A stretch of DNA of 64,000 nt from Bacteroidaceae bacterium. GTDB taxonomy: Bacteria; Bacteroidota; Bacteroidia; Bacteroidales; Bacteroidaceae. The notes under the pieces are model-generated. The model had not been told where the DNA came from. It made no database searches and was given only the letters and a program-made list of their open reading frames with translations. The DNA lies in the NCBI GenBank assembly GCA_017470525.1, contig JAFUYM010000026.1, positions 33,419 through 97,418 of the forward strand, given 5' to 3'. Of the stretch, positions 9,947-18,919 are shown piece after piece. The position numbers and the translations under genes are program-made. Position 1 is the first letter of the stretch. Each line of letters starts with the position of its first letter.

Positions 9947-11179
9947 TTATTTGATGGTCACTTTCAGCGGGTTTCTCACACCTTTGGCTGCATCGCTGAG
10001 ATGGGCTTCCCAGTCGGTGAGGGAATGGAAGTTGGTGGAGGGGTTTTTGTCCCATCCTGAGCCAAAATAGTAGGTGTAGGAAGTGGTTGGCTTGTAGGTG
10101 GTGGTGGCAAGGATATGACCTGTGGCGATGCCGTTCTCACGTTGCTGGTAGGAGACCTTGATGGCTTTGTCGGGATAGAGGAGTCCGATGTAGATTTTGC
10201 CCATCTGCTGGGAGAGTTCTTCCTTGTATTTGGCATTATAGACAGAGGGGTCACCAAGGTCTTCATAGCCTAAGTAGCCACTTTCCTGAGAGAGGACGTA
10301 GGCTGAAGGATTGCTCTTGTGGATGACGGTTCCCGATGCCATCTGAACGGGTTTGGTGAGTCCTTCGTAAGAAAGGGTGACACGGTTGAAATGAGTGCCG
10401 GCATCGAGGGAGATGATGCGGGTTTCGGTCACTTGCTCCCCTTCGTAGTCTTGGGTGGGGTAGGTGAATTTGACGGTGAAGCGGAGAGGTCCTTGGTCGA
10501 GGATTTCAAAGGTCTTGTAGCATTGGGGCATGAAGAGGCTTCCATCCGCCTTCAACAGGGCGTTGGCTCCACCTCCGAGGGTAGGACCTACGGTGTAGCA
10601 ATCCATCCCTTTTCCGTGGTCGATATGGTAGCAGAAAGCGTTATACACCTGGTCTGCCAAATCGTGATAGCCTCGGTCGTGGAGTTGCTTGCTCACGGAG
10701 CGCATTTCCTGGTTCTGTTCGGAGGCATACCAATAGTCGAGCATGAGGTCAGAGGTGCTTTTGTTGAAGAGGTCATAACCCACGGCTCCTCCATGTCCAT
10801 AGACGCGATATGCCACACGGTCATTTTCCCAACCAAATTCGTCCTGCCGTTCGGTGAAAAGGCGACCCTTGGCTCTGACTTCATACTGATGCGGAGTGCC
10901 TTTCTTCACATAATAGAGAGATTTTCCCTTGGCTCCCACTCCTGCCTGAAAGATGAGTTTACCGTTCCATGTGAGTTGCGAGGGGATTTCCTTTCCGTCG
11001 GCATCGGTCACGATGATTTGTTCTGTGCCCAGTTTCTTTTTCAACACAGAAAAGTCCACCTCAACCACTTCCACACGTGCTTTTGTGAGGGGGTTAGACA
11101 CGGTGATGGTCACACGGTCGGCTGCATTCATCAGGACAGCCGACAAGAAGGTCAATAAGAAAATAAAGGTCTTTTTCAT
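9947..11179 (-). CDS. Secreted DUF4861-like protein (hypothetical)
   Basis: 410 aa with a signal peptide (MKKTFIFLLTFLSAVLMNAADR). The overall look recalls Bacteroidales DUF4861 proteins. This is from memory only. Confidence 0.4.
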   Translation of the reverse strand: MKKTFIFLLTFLSAVLMNAADRVTITVSNPLTKARVEVVEVDFSVLKKKLGTEQIIVTDADGKEIPSQLTWNGKLIFQAGVGAKGKSLYYVKKGTPHQYEVRAKGRLFTERQDEFGWENDRVAYRVYGHGGAVGYDLFNKSTSDLMLDYWYASEQNQEMRSVSKQLHDRGYHDLADQVYNAFCYHIDHGKGMDCYTVGPTLGGGANALLKADGSLFMPQCYKTFEILDQGPLRFTVKFTYPTQDYEGEQVTETRIISLDAGTHFNRVTLSYEGLTKPVQMASGTVIHKSNPSAYVLSQESGYLGYEDLGDPSVYNAKYKEELSQQMGKIYIGLLYPDKAIKVSYQQRENGIATGHILATTTYKPTTSYTYYFGSGWDKNPSTNFHSLTDWEAHLSDAAKGVRNPLKVTIK

Positions 11180-11300
11180 AAGTCAGTATCATTAGTTTGC
11201 CACAAAGATAAAGAGAATCATTCACATGGCAAAGGAAAACACGAAAAAAGACTCCAATACGTTGAGTACTGGAGCCTTCTTTGATTGATGAGATTTATTT

Positions 11301-11495
11301 TTAACAACGAATGATACGAATTTTTCGAATTTTTTCTTTTTCAATGCCGTGGGACGGCGACGAATGGAAACGAATTGAAAGTGTTTTCTTCACAAGGATG
11401 AGTCAGACACCCTGCATTCGTCAGAATCCGCAAGGATTCAATTCGTCGGGGCTTGCCCCATTTCCATATTCGTGAAATTAGATAAATTCGTTGTT
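11301..11495 (+). repeat. ~195-bp structured MITE-like repeat, copy A (abuts groEL stop codon)
   Basis: About 98% identical (4 differences by eye) to 13176-13371. Its termini are inverted (AACAACGAAT ... ATTCGTTGTT). Internally, CGAAT words in the left half face ATTCG words in the right half, with the hairpins GAATCC-GCAA-GGATTC and GGGG-CTTG-CCCC. Confidence 0.85.
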
Positions 11496-11515
11496 GAAAA
11501 AAATGATTCGTTGTT

Positions 11516-13371
<1,856 letters not shown>

Positions 13372-13419
13372 TTTATTAAATTCTATTCGTTGTTTCTAAA
13401 AATTAATTGTTTCTATTAA

Positions 13420-13692
13420 TTATTTCAGTATTGCAAGTACATCACTTTGTCTCATGATGAGATATTTCACACCTTCGTATTCCAGTTCTGAGCCTGAATA
13501 CTTTCCGTAGAGCACCTGGTCGCCCACCTTGAGCACCATTTCCTCGTCCTTTGTGCCGTTTCCAGCGGCAACCACTTCGCCCTGCAGGGGCTTTTCCTTA
13601 GCGGTGTCGGGAATGATGATTCCGCCCACCGTCTTTTCTTCTGCTGGCTTGGGGAGCACGAGCACCCTGTCTGCCAATGGTTGAATGTTCAT
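13420..13692 (-). CDS. groS: Co-chaperonin GroES (Hsp10)
   Basis: [46 protein letters not shown]... The start was moved from 13767 to the conserved Met at 13692, giving 90 aa. Confidence 0.95.
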   Translation of the reverse strand: MNIQPLADRVLVLPKPAEEKTVGGIIIPDTAKEKPLQGEVVAAGNGTKDEEMVLKVGDQVLYGKYSGSELEYEGVKYLIMRQSDVLAILK

Positions 13693-13865
13693 AGTCTTCT
13701 GAGTTTTTAGAGTTTGTATTTCAATATAGAATTTATTTTTTAATGATGTATGGATTTCAAATTCCACAGAATCCTACCCACAAATGACATGCCACCCACC
13801 GACATCAACTGACAGGGGTGACAAACTGACATAAACAGGGTGACAAAAAGGAAAAAAGGGATGAT

Positions 13866-14228
13866 TCACCACCCCATCATGGAAGCAGGAGTGATGTGCA
13901 ATGTGTGGCAAAGACGACGGGCTATTTTCAAGGTCGGTTCTGTGCGCCCGGACACATAATCGCTGATGCGTGAAGGACTCACTCCCACTTCCTGCGCCAA
14001 CTGCTTCTGGGTCATCTTCCTCTCTTCGAGCGAGAGTGCAATCAGTTGAGCCACAGTTGGTTTGCTGATGGGATAATGCTCCTTCTCGTAGGCAATCACA
14101 ATGTCCGACATCAGTGTCAACTCCACCGCATTGCGGTCATTGGCAGGTGTGTTGTCATCCACCAGCGGAAGCAATTCCTCTATCCGCTGAAGTGCAAACT
14201 CATATTGTTCCTTCGTCATCTGGCTCAT
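13866..14228 (-). CDS. higA: HigA-type antitoxin (XRE-family HTH)
   Basis: 120 aa with a C-terminal HTH (MTQKQLAQEVGVSPSRISDYVSGRTEPTLKIARRL). It starts 15 nt downstream of a HigB-like toxin gene, the toxin-first order typical of higBA. Confidence 0.7.
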   Translation of the reverse strand: MSQMTKEQYEFALQRIEELLPLVDDNTPANDRNAVELTLMSDIVIAYEKEHYPISKPTVAQLIALSLEERKMTQKQLAQEVGVSPSRISDYVSGRTEPTLKIARRLCHTLHITPASMMGW

Positions 14229-14243
14229 GTGCCCTCCTTTCGT

Positions 14244-14543
14244 TTATATGGTTGAAGCATCAATCTTGTCATAATCGGCATGAGTGCCGACAAAACGGAT
14301 GAAAATGTGTCCAATCGTGAATTTCACCACCACAATCAGCCGGTACTTGTTCCCTCTGATGTTGAACACATAGTGCTGGTTCCCCACATAATCCGTAGCA
14401 GGAAAATCCACCTTGATGTCCGAAAGACTGTGCCATTCCGCCTGTTCAGCGATGTCATACCAGCGTTCAAGAGCAGTCTGGGCATCTCCATGTCCCTCGG
14501 AACTGTAAAATTCCACCAATTTTCTATGTGACACGATTCTCAT
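14244..14543 (-). CDS. higB: HigB-family type II toxin (mRNA interferase)
   Basis: 99 aa from the Met at 14543: MRIVSHRKLVEFY...ERWYDIAEQAEWHSLSDIKVDFPATDYVGNQHYVFNIRGNKYRLIVVVKF...IRFVGTHADYDKID. The listed ORF extends 38 codons further upstream, without support. Confidence 0.7.
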   Translation of the reverse strand: MRIVSHRKLVEFYSSEGHGDAQTALERWYDIAEQAEWHSLSDIKVDFPATDYVGNQHYVFNIRGNKYRLIVVVKFTIGHIFIRFVGTHADYDKIDASTI

Positions 14544-14551
14544 TTCACCTG

Positions 14552-14611
14552 CAAAAATAGGCAATAATTTTGATTTCCGCAAGAATCTAACCAAAAAATT
14601 TTGATTTCCGC
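14552..14611 (-). promoter_or_regulatory. higBA promoter region: TAnnTTTG box plus two 15-bp direct repeats (candidate operator)
   Basis: On the minus strand, TATTTTTG (14552-14559) lies 8 nt from the ATG. AATTTTGATTTCCGC occurs twice (14566-14580 and 14597-14611), 31 bp apart. Confidence 0.45.
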
Positions 14612-14761
14612 CATCATTATACGACAAATTCTTCTTTCTCCTGCCTGAAAACAACACAAAAAGCCCTCATGCATCTGTGTCCATGCACAAGGGCTCCCTA
14701 AACTCTCATTCCAATCCTTCCAATCTAATCTAATAAGGCTTCTTTCTATCCATTTCTTTCC

Positions 14762-14907
14762 AATCCGAAAAATCCGTTAAATCCGTTTCATCATCGCGAA
14801 GCGATATGTTTTTTATAAAGACAAGTTCCTTCGGAACGATTGAGCGGATTGAGCGGATGAAGAAATTGGAATCCGAAAAATCCGCTGAATCCAGCGCGAA
14901 GCGCGAT
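14762..14907. repeat. Pair of ~40-nt direct repeats, each ending in a GCGAAGC-type mini-hairpin, with an inverted AATCCG-word block between them
   Basis: 14762-14806 reads AATCCGAAAAATCCGTTAAATCC...ATCGCGAAGCGAT. 14870-14907 reads AATCCGAAAAATCCGCTGAATCCAGCGCGAAGCGCGAT. The complement words GAGCGGATTGAGCGGAT lie at 14842-14858, and a GTTCC-TTC-GGAAC hairpin lies at ~14825-14837. Confidence 0.8.
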
Positions 14908-14949
14908 GTCTCAATTCATGAGGGTATGTCAAAATACATGCTTATATAG

Positions 14950-15030
14950 CCTCTGAATCGATGTCGTCGACATCGACTGACCGACGTCGACGACATCGGT
15001 TAACCGACATCGACGACGTCGATTTCGAGG
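14950..15030. repeat. ~80-nt imperfect palindrome built from three TCGAC/GTCGA-rich 19-mers
   Basis: CCTCTGAATCGATGTCGTCGACATCGA / CCGACGTCGACGACATCGG / CCGACATCGACGACGTCGATTTCGAGG. The outer arms pair with each other and the middle unit is nearly self-complementary. Confidence 0.8.
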
Positions 15031-15344
15031 AGTTGAGACGACGTGATTTGACACACCATTATCGAACCTTTCAAAAACCCACCTTCAACATCCTAAACCC
15101 ATACTTACAACCTCTGTGAACTTCCTTCCACAATTCTCACAAGTCTTCACCCACAACCCTCGTGAGCCTGCTGACACATCCTTGTCAGACACCCATAATA
15201 TCGCTTGTTCATCATTTTAAAATCTTTATATGTTAATCAAACTTCAATCAATTTATTTAACAGAAAGACATTAACAAACCTTTTCTTTTTTATTCTTCAC
15301 CCAACTTTTTTCCTCAAATCCTTGTTTGTAAACAAATGATTCCG

Positions 15345-15352
15345 TATATTTG
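15345..15352 (+). promoter_or_regulatory. Candidate Bacteroidota -7 promoter box (TATATTTG)
   Basis: It matches TAnnTTTG and is preceded by the TTGTTTGTAAACAA palindrome. It lies 302 nt upstream of the ATG at 15655, which implies a long leader or a separate small RNA. Confidence 0.35.
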
Positions 15353-15654
15353 CCCCGTCGATTGCACGAAGACTCTTCTGAGTCCGGAAGCATGAGACAG
15401 GGCGTTTAGCAAAATTACCTCTACCAGAATCTGGACAATTCTTGACTGAAGGTGATGAGCATGAACGCTCACATCAATGGTATATGATGCCATCATTGGC
15501 TTATTATATCGTTTGGTGTGGGCATTGCTTATTATTCAGTCAGGGCAGTCCAGAGCCAAGGTAGGTAATAAGCCATTAGTTCCCACGCCTTTCTTTATGT
15601 CTTTTTACTAACCGCTGATGTCTGGGAATTGGTAGGCAAGAAAAGCAAATCTTT

Positions 15655-16554
15655 ATGAAAAAACTAACTTTAATTCTATTATTCACCTCTGCCTTGCTGC
15701 AAGGTAGTGCACAAGAAGCCACGTGCCATCTATTATTCCAATTCGCTGGTGAAGATGAATATCAAAAAGAAAAGGCGTTTGTCAATGATGTTCTTAGCGA
15801 ATACACTTTTGATTCAGAAGAACAAAAGAATGCTGCAATTAATGAGGCTTTGAAGTTCTATGCTGAAAATAAAGAAGCAATCTTGATGGACTTGAAAATA
15901 GAAGAAACTAATCAACTTTTCAGTGAGATTATGGACATAAAGGCTGCAAAAAGAGAAGCCATGTGGACAAATGTACTTAATGGTACGGTGGCAGGATTGC
16001 AGACTCTATCTACTCAACAAGGCAATACACAGACTTATACAGCACCGACAAATTCGTATTCTACGCAATCAGCCACAAATACGAACACTTACACCGCACC
16101 AACTACAAGACAAACTACAACAACTTATCAACAAATAAATCCAGCAGTTCAACAGGAAGTGGCAAGACTGAGAAATCTGGCAAGAAACACTTCTGACCCT
16201 CAAAAAGCACAAGCATATTTACTTGAAGCAGAGAGGATAGAAAGAGAGGGAAAATTGCCAACGAGCACATCTGTATCCACACAAAATGAATCTGTCGTGA
16301 CAGGTGCTGCACTAATCAATGGTACACTGGTTGCTGTTCAACTGAAAGTGGTGAATAATAAGGTTACAGCGATAAAACTGAGTAACCCTCGTCCAGATTT
16401 GAATGAATTGAGCAGTTGGTATCCCATTGGAAATGTCACTGTTCAAGCAACAAGTTTCCAGTATGATGGTGAAATATCAAAAAGTTATTCACGAAAGTTC
16501 CTTTACACTTTACCTGTCGCCAATGGAGGTTCAACAACCATTTTTTTTAACTAA
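15655..16554 (+). CDS. Hypothetical secreted protein with Thr/Gln/Asn-rich linker
   Basis: 299 aa. The signal peptide is MKKLTLILLFTSALLQGSA|QEA. A low-complexity segment (TQTYTAPTNSYSTQSATNTNTYTAPTTRQTTTTYQQ) follows. The DNA is visibly AT-rich compared with its neighbours. Confidence 0.6.
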   Translation: MKKLTLILLFTSALLQGSAQEATCHLLFQFAGEDEYQKEKAFVNDVLSEYTFDSEEQKNAAINEALKFYAENKEAILMDLKIEETNQLFSEIMDIKAAKREAMWTNVLNGTVAGLQTLSTQQGNTQTYTAPTNSYSTQSATNTNTYTAPTTRQTTTTYQQINPAVQQEVARLRNLARNTSDPQKAQAYLLEAERIEREGKLPTSTSVSTQNESVVTGAALINGTLVAVQLKVVNNKVTAIKLSNPRPDLNELSSWYPIGNVTVQATSFQYDGEISKSYSRKFLYTLPVANGGSTTIFFN

Positions 16555-16570
16555 TAAAATCGATTACATT

Positions 16571-17170
16571 ATGAAAAAGTATATATTCTTCATCGCAACA
16601 TGTTTCATGTTTGGAACATCTGTATATGCTCAAAAGATAACATATAATAAAATGTATAATGGAGTGAATCGTTTATGCACTGAACCCCTTAAGATAAAAA
16701 TGGAAGATGACGTCCTATTTGCATTAAATATCTTTTTTGATAAAGAAAATTACGAATTCTTTATTGAGATAGGAACTGAGAAAGATAAAATGTACAATTT
16801 CCCAGAAGAAGCAAAGTTGTTATTCAAAACAATGGATGGTTCAGTTATTGAATTAAAATCATGCTATACGTACATAACAAAAGGAGTGGATTACAGACAA
16901 ATTGACTACAGAATTCCTGGCGCATATTATCCAATTTCTGAAAAACAACTACAATCTTTATTCACAGGAGTCTCGAAAGTTAGAGTGGAGTTACTATCTT
17001 ACAACAAAAAAGAGAAAACCATTTTCAAGGACTTTCAAGATGTTGAATATAAGAAAGATACATTTGGCAAATTCTTGCAAAAGTCATACACAAAATTAAT
17101 GACTGAAAAAAGCAAGATAGATAAACAAAATGCAGCATTGTTGAACAAAGATGCATCAGCAGATTTTTAA
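16571..17170 (+). CDS. Hypothetical secreted protein
   Basis: The start was moved to the Met at 16571 (MKKYIFFIATCFMFGTSVYA|QKI signal peptide), giving 199 aa. It lies in the AT-rich islet. No family was recognised. Confidence 0.55.
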   Translation: MKKYIFFIATCFMFGTSVYAQKITYNKMYNGVNRLCTEPLKIKMEDDVLFALNIFFDKENYEFFIEIGTEKDKMYNFPEEAKLLFKTMDGSVIELKSCYTYITKGVDYRQIDYRIPGAYYPISEKQLQSLFTGVSKVRVELLSYNKKEKTIFKDFQDVEYKKDTFGKFLQKSYTKLMTEKSKIDKQNAALLNKDASADF

Positions 17171-17191
17171 TAATCCTAAATACTTACGATT

Positions 17192-17662
17192 ATGAAAGTT
17201 ATAATAATTTCCTTATTTTTGGTGGCTGCTACAACTGCACAGGCGCAATTTGTACAGTACACGCCAGTTACAACACCAACTACACCTAAAAGTAATTCAT
17301 ATAGTTATTCAGACCCATTCAGTGATATTGATGCAGAAATAGCAAGGCATCATTATCAAAATCAAGTTGTGGAAAGTGATATTATTAATTCATGTGCTAT
17401 AAATCCTAATACTGGTAACGTCTATTCTATACAAGTAAAGACAGAAATGAAACGTAATGGAAATTACACTTTAAAATGTATAGGAATAAAGATGAATAAT
17501 AAATGGATAAGTTGCGAAAGTGATTTATCGGACTTGAGAGATGCATATAAAGAGGCTAAAACTCAATCTGATAAAAGTTTTCTGTTAGAACTAATGGAGA
17601 TAGCAAATTTTGCATTTATATATAACAAAACTCTCTATCTAATTCCAAAGCCTGAACAATAA
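17192..17662 (+). CDS. Hypothetical secreted protein
   Basis: 156 aa with signal peptide MKVIIISLFLVAATTAQA|QF. It lies in the AT-rich islet. No family was recognised. Confidence 0.55.
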   Translation: MKVIIISLFLVAATTAQAQFVQYTPVTTPTTPKSNSYSYSDPFSDIDAEIARHHYQNQVVESDIINSCAINPNTGNVYSIQVKTEMKRNGNYTLKCIGIKMNNKWISCESDLSDLRDAYKEAKTQSDKSFLLELMEIANFAFIYNKTLYLIPKPEQ

Positions 17663-17683
17663 CATCTAATGTATATAAAAAAT

Positions 17684-17719
17684 GGGGGCGCACCACAATG
17701 ATGTGCCCCCGTTTTCTTT
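17684..17719. terminator. Intrinsic terminator hairpin between convergent genes
   Basis: GGGGGCGCA (17684-17692) pairs with TGTGCCCCC (17702-17710). The hairpin is preceded by an A-run and followed by GTTTTCTTT. Confidence 0.6.
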
Positions 17720-17880
17720 CAAAGCAACAGATACATTGCCTCGTCCAATCTGATGGTTTCGACTTTTGGGAAGTCCAAATCTTTCAGTTCATTGTAGTGG
17801 CGGTCTTCAGTGACTATGAACTTGGCATTGGCAACTACGGCACAATCCACAAACTTGTTGTCAAGAACGAGACGTGCCAT
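17719..17880 (-). pseudogene. 3' remnant of a PIN-domain TA toxin
   Basis: This 53-codon ORF is below the track cutoff: MARLVLDNKFVDCAVVANAKFIVTEDRHYNELKDLDFPKVETIRLDEAMYLLL. It resembles only the C-terminal third of PIN-family toxins (the ...A.A.fLVT.D... segment), and the N-terminal catalytic part is missing. Confidence 0.5.
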
Positions 17881-17892
17881 CTTTGCTACAGA

Positions 17893-18111
17893 TTATGGTC
17901 TTGCATGAAAATCTTCATGGCGAAGGGCATCCAGCCGCTCTTGGTTCAAGATTCCCGCATTCCAAAGTCTGTCAGACTCAGCATCCAGTTTCTCCTGAAA
18001 ATGCTGGGTGAGCACTTTCTTTATTTCGAGAACAAACTCCTCGCTGTTGTTGAAGGAAAACAGTTTCAGAAGATGCATCTGAGTGGGGTTGAGCGTATTT
18101 GCTTGTATCAT
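17893..18111 (-). CDS. Small antitoxin-like protein (hypothetical), partner of the decayed PIN toxin
   Basis: 72 aa (MIQANTLNPTQMHLLKLFSFNNSEEFVLEIKKVLTQHFQEKLDAESDRLW...). It ends 12 nt upstream of the PIN remnant. The family assignment is from recollection only. Confidence 0.4.
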   Translation of the reverse strand: MIQANTLNPTQMHLLKLFSFNNSEEFVLEIKKVLTQHFQEKLDAESDRLWNAGILNQERLDALRHEDFHARP

Positions 18112-18603
18112 AATGAAAGAATGATGTTATGTGTTATCGCGTTGCAAAATTACAATCAATATTGCTATCCACCAAATTATTTCAACTTTTTTTCATAGAA
18201 ACCACCACACGACATACATGTACCACCTTTTTTATTCCCAACCAAAGGAAACCACAGATTTTTTTCAGATGAACAAATTTCCTTCAGCCAGGCACAGCAA
18301 CACACATCATTATATATATTCTCTTTTTTTCTTTTATTTTTAAAAACTTATTTGTTGATGTTAATAGTGTGTGGATAGTGTGGATAAGTTTTTGAAGTGG
18401 TTTGTTGTCAGTGGGTTAGGATGTTGGGAAGTGGATGAGAGGGTATTGAAAATTGGTGGAAAAAAAAGAATAAGTTTTTTTGGTGGTCTCGGAGGAAATG
18501 GGGTATATAAATCATTTTCGGATGGGCAAGAAAAGTTGTTAGAAGTTGTTATGAACTTATCAAGTGAATGTGAACAGGGTTGTTGACCGAAAGTGTTGAT
18601 AAG

Positions 18604-18795
18604 TCACTGCCGCAGCAGTTCCATGAACCGCTTCTTCATGGCTGCCTTCAGTTCTCCTTCGTTGAGGATGTAGTCATTGATGACTTCTTCGAAGGCGCGT
18701 TCCGCTTTCTGTCGCATCTGGGCTTTGCCTGCACGGAGTCCTGAGGAGAGGTCGGTCTTGGGCAGGAGTTGTCTGTTGAAATTTCCGTCGCTCAT
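18604..18795 (-). CDS. Small hypothetical protein (63 aa)
   Basis: The ORF has normal local composition. A TAAATTTG box sits on the minus strand at 18833-18840, 37 nt upstream of the ATG. No family was recognised. Confidence 0.4.
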   Translation of the reverse strand: MSDGNFNRQLLPKTDLSSGLRAGKAQMRQKAERAFEEVINDYILNEGELKAAMKKRFMELLRQ

Positions 18796-18883
18796 AGTTC
18801 CTTTGTCGATAACTTTGTTGATAAATCGTGGGCAAATTTACGATAAATTATTGGTTTATTCGCCTTAATCGGGTGATTTTTAT

Positions 18884-18891
18884 TAACTTTG
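18884..18891 (+). promoter_or_regulatory. -7 promoter box TAACTTTG for ribD
   Basis: It matches the Bacteroidota TAnnTTTG consensus and lies 28 nt upstream of the ribD ATG. Confidence 0.55.
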
Positions 18892-18919
18892 CACTTGTCA
18901 ATACTGATTTTAATAACTT

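Noticed and set aside
13693-13865. CIRCE heat-shock operator upstream of groES.
   Set aside because: No TTAGCACTC-N9-GAGTGCTAA-like inverted repeat is present.
15358-15480. Fragments resembling the SRP RNA domain IV (GTCCGGAAGCA) and the TPP riboswitch (CTGAG..., AATCTGGACAAT).
   Set aside because: The required pairing partners and the remaining conserved nucleotides are absent, and the downstream gene has no link to thiamine. This is chance similarity.
17698-18198. A 166-aa plus-strand ORF spanning the TA remnant.
   Set aside because: It overlaps the antitoxin-like gene and the PIN remnant on the opposite strand, and it crosses a terminator hairpin. No motifs were seen.
15078-18434. An inverted ~24-nt similarity (CCCACCTTCAACATCCTAAACCCA at 15078-15101 versus TGGGTTAGGATGTTGGGAAGTGG at 18412-18434) as possible boundaries of the AT-rich islet.
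   Set aside because: The longest exact blocks are only ~9-10 nt and need an indel to align. Matches of that quality are expected by chance in a window of this size.
18892-18919. FMN riboswitch in front of ribD.
   Set aside because: Only ~28 nt separate the candidate -7 box from the ATG, which leaves no room for an aptamer.
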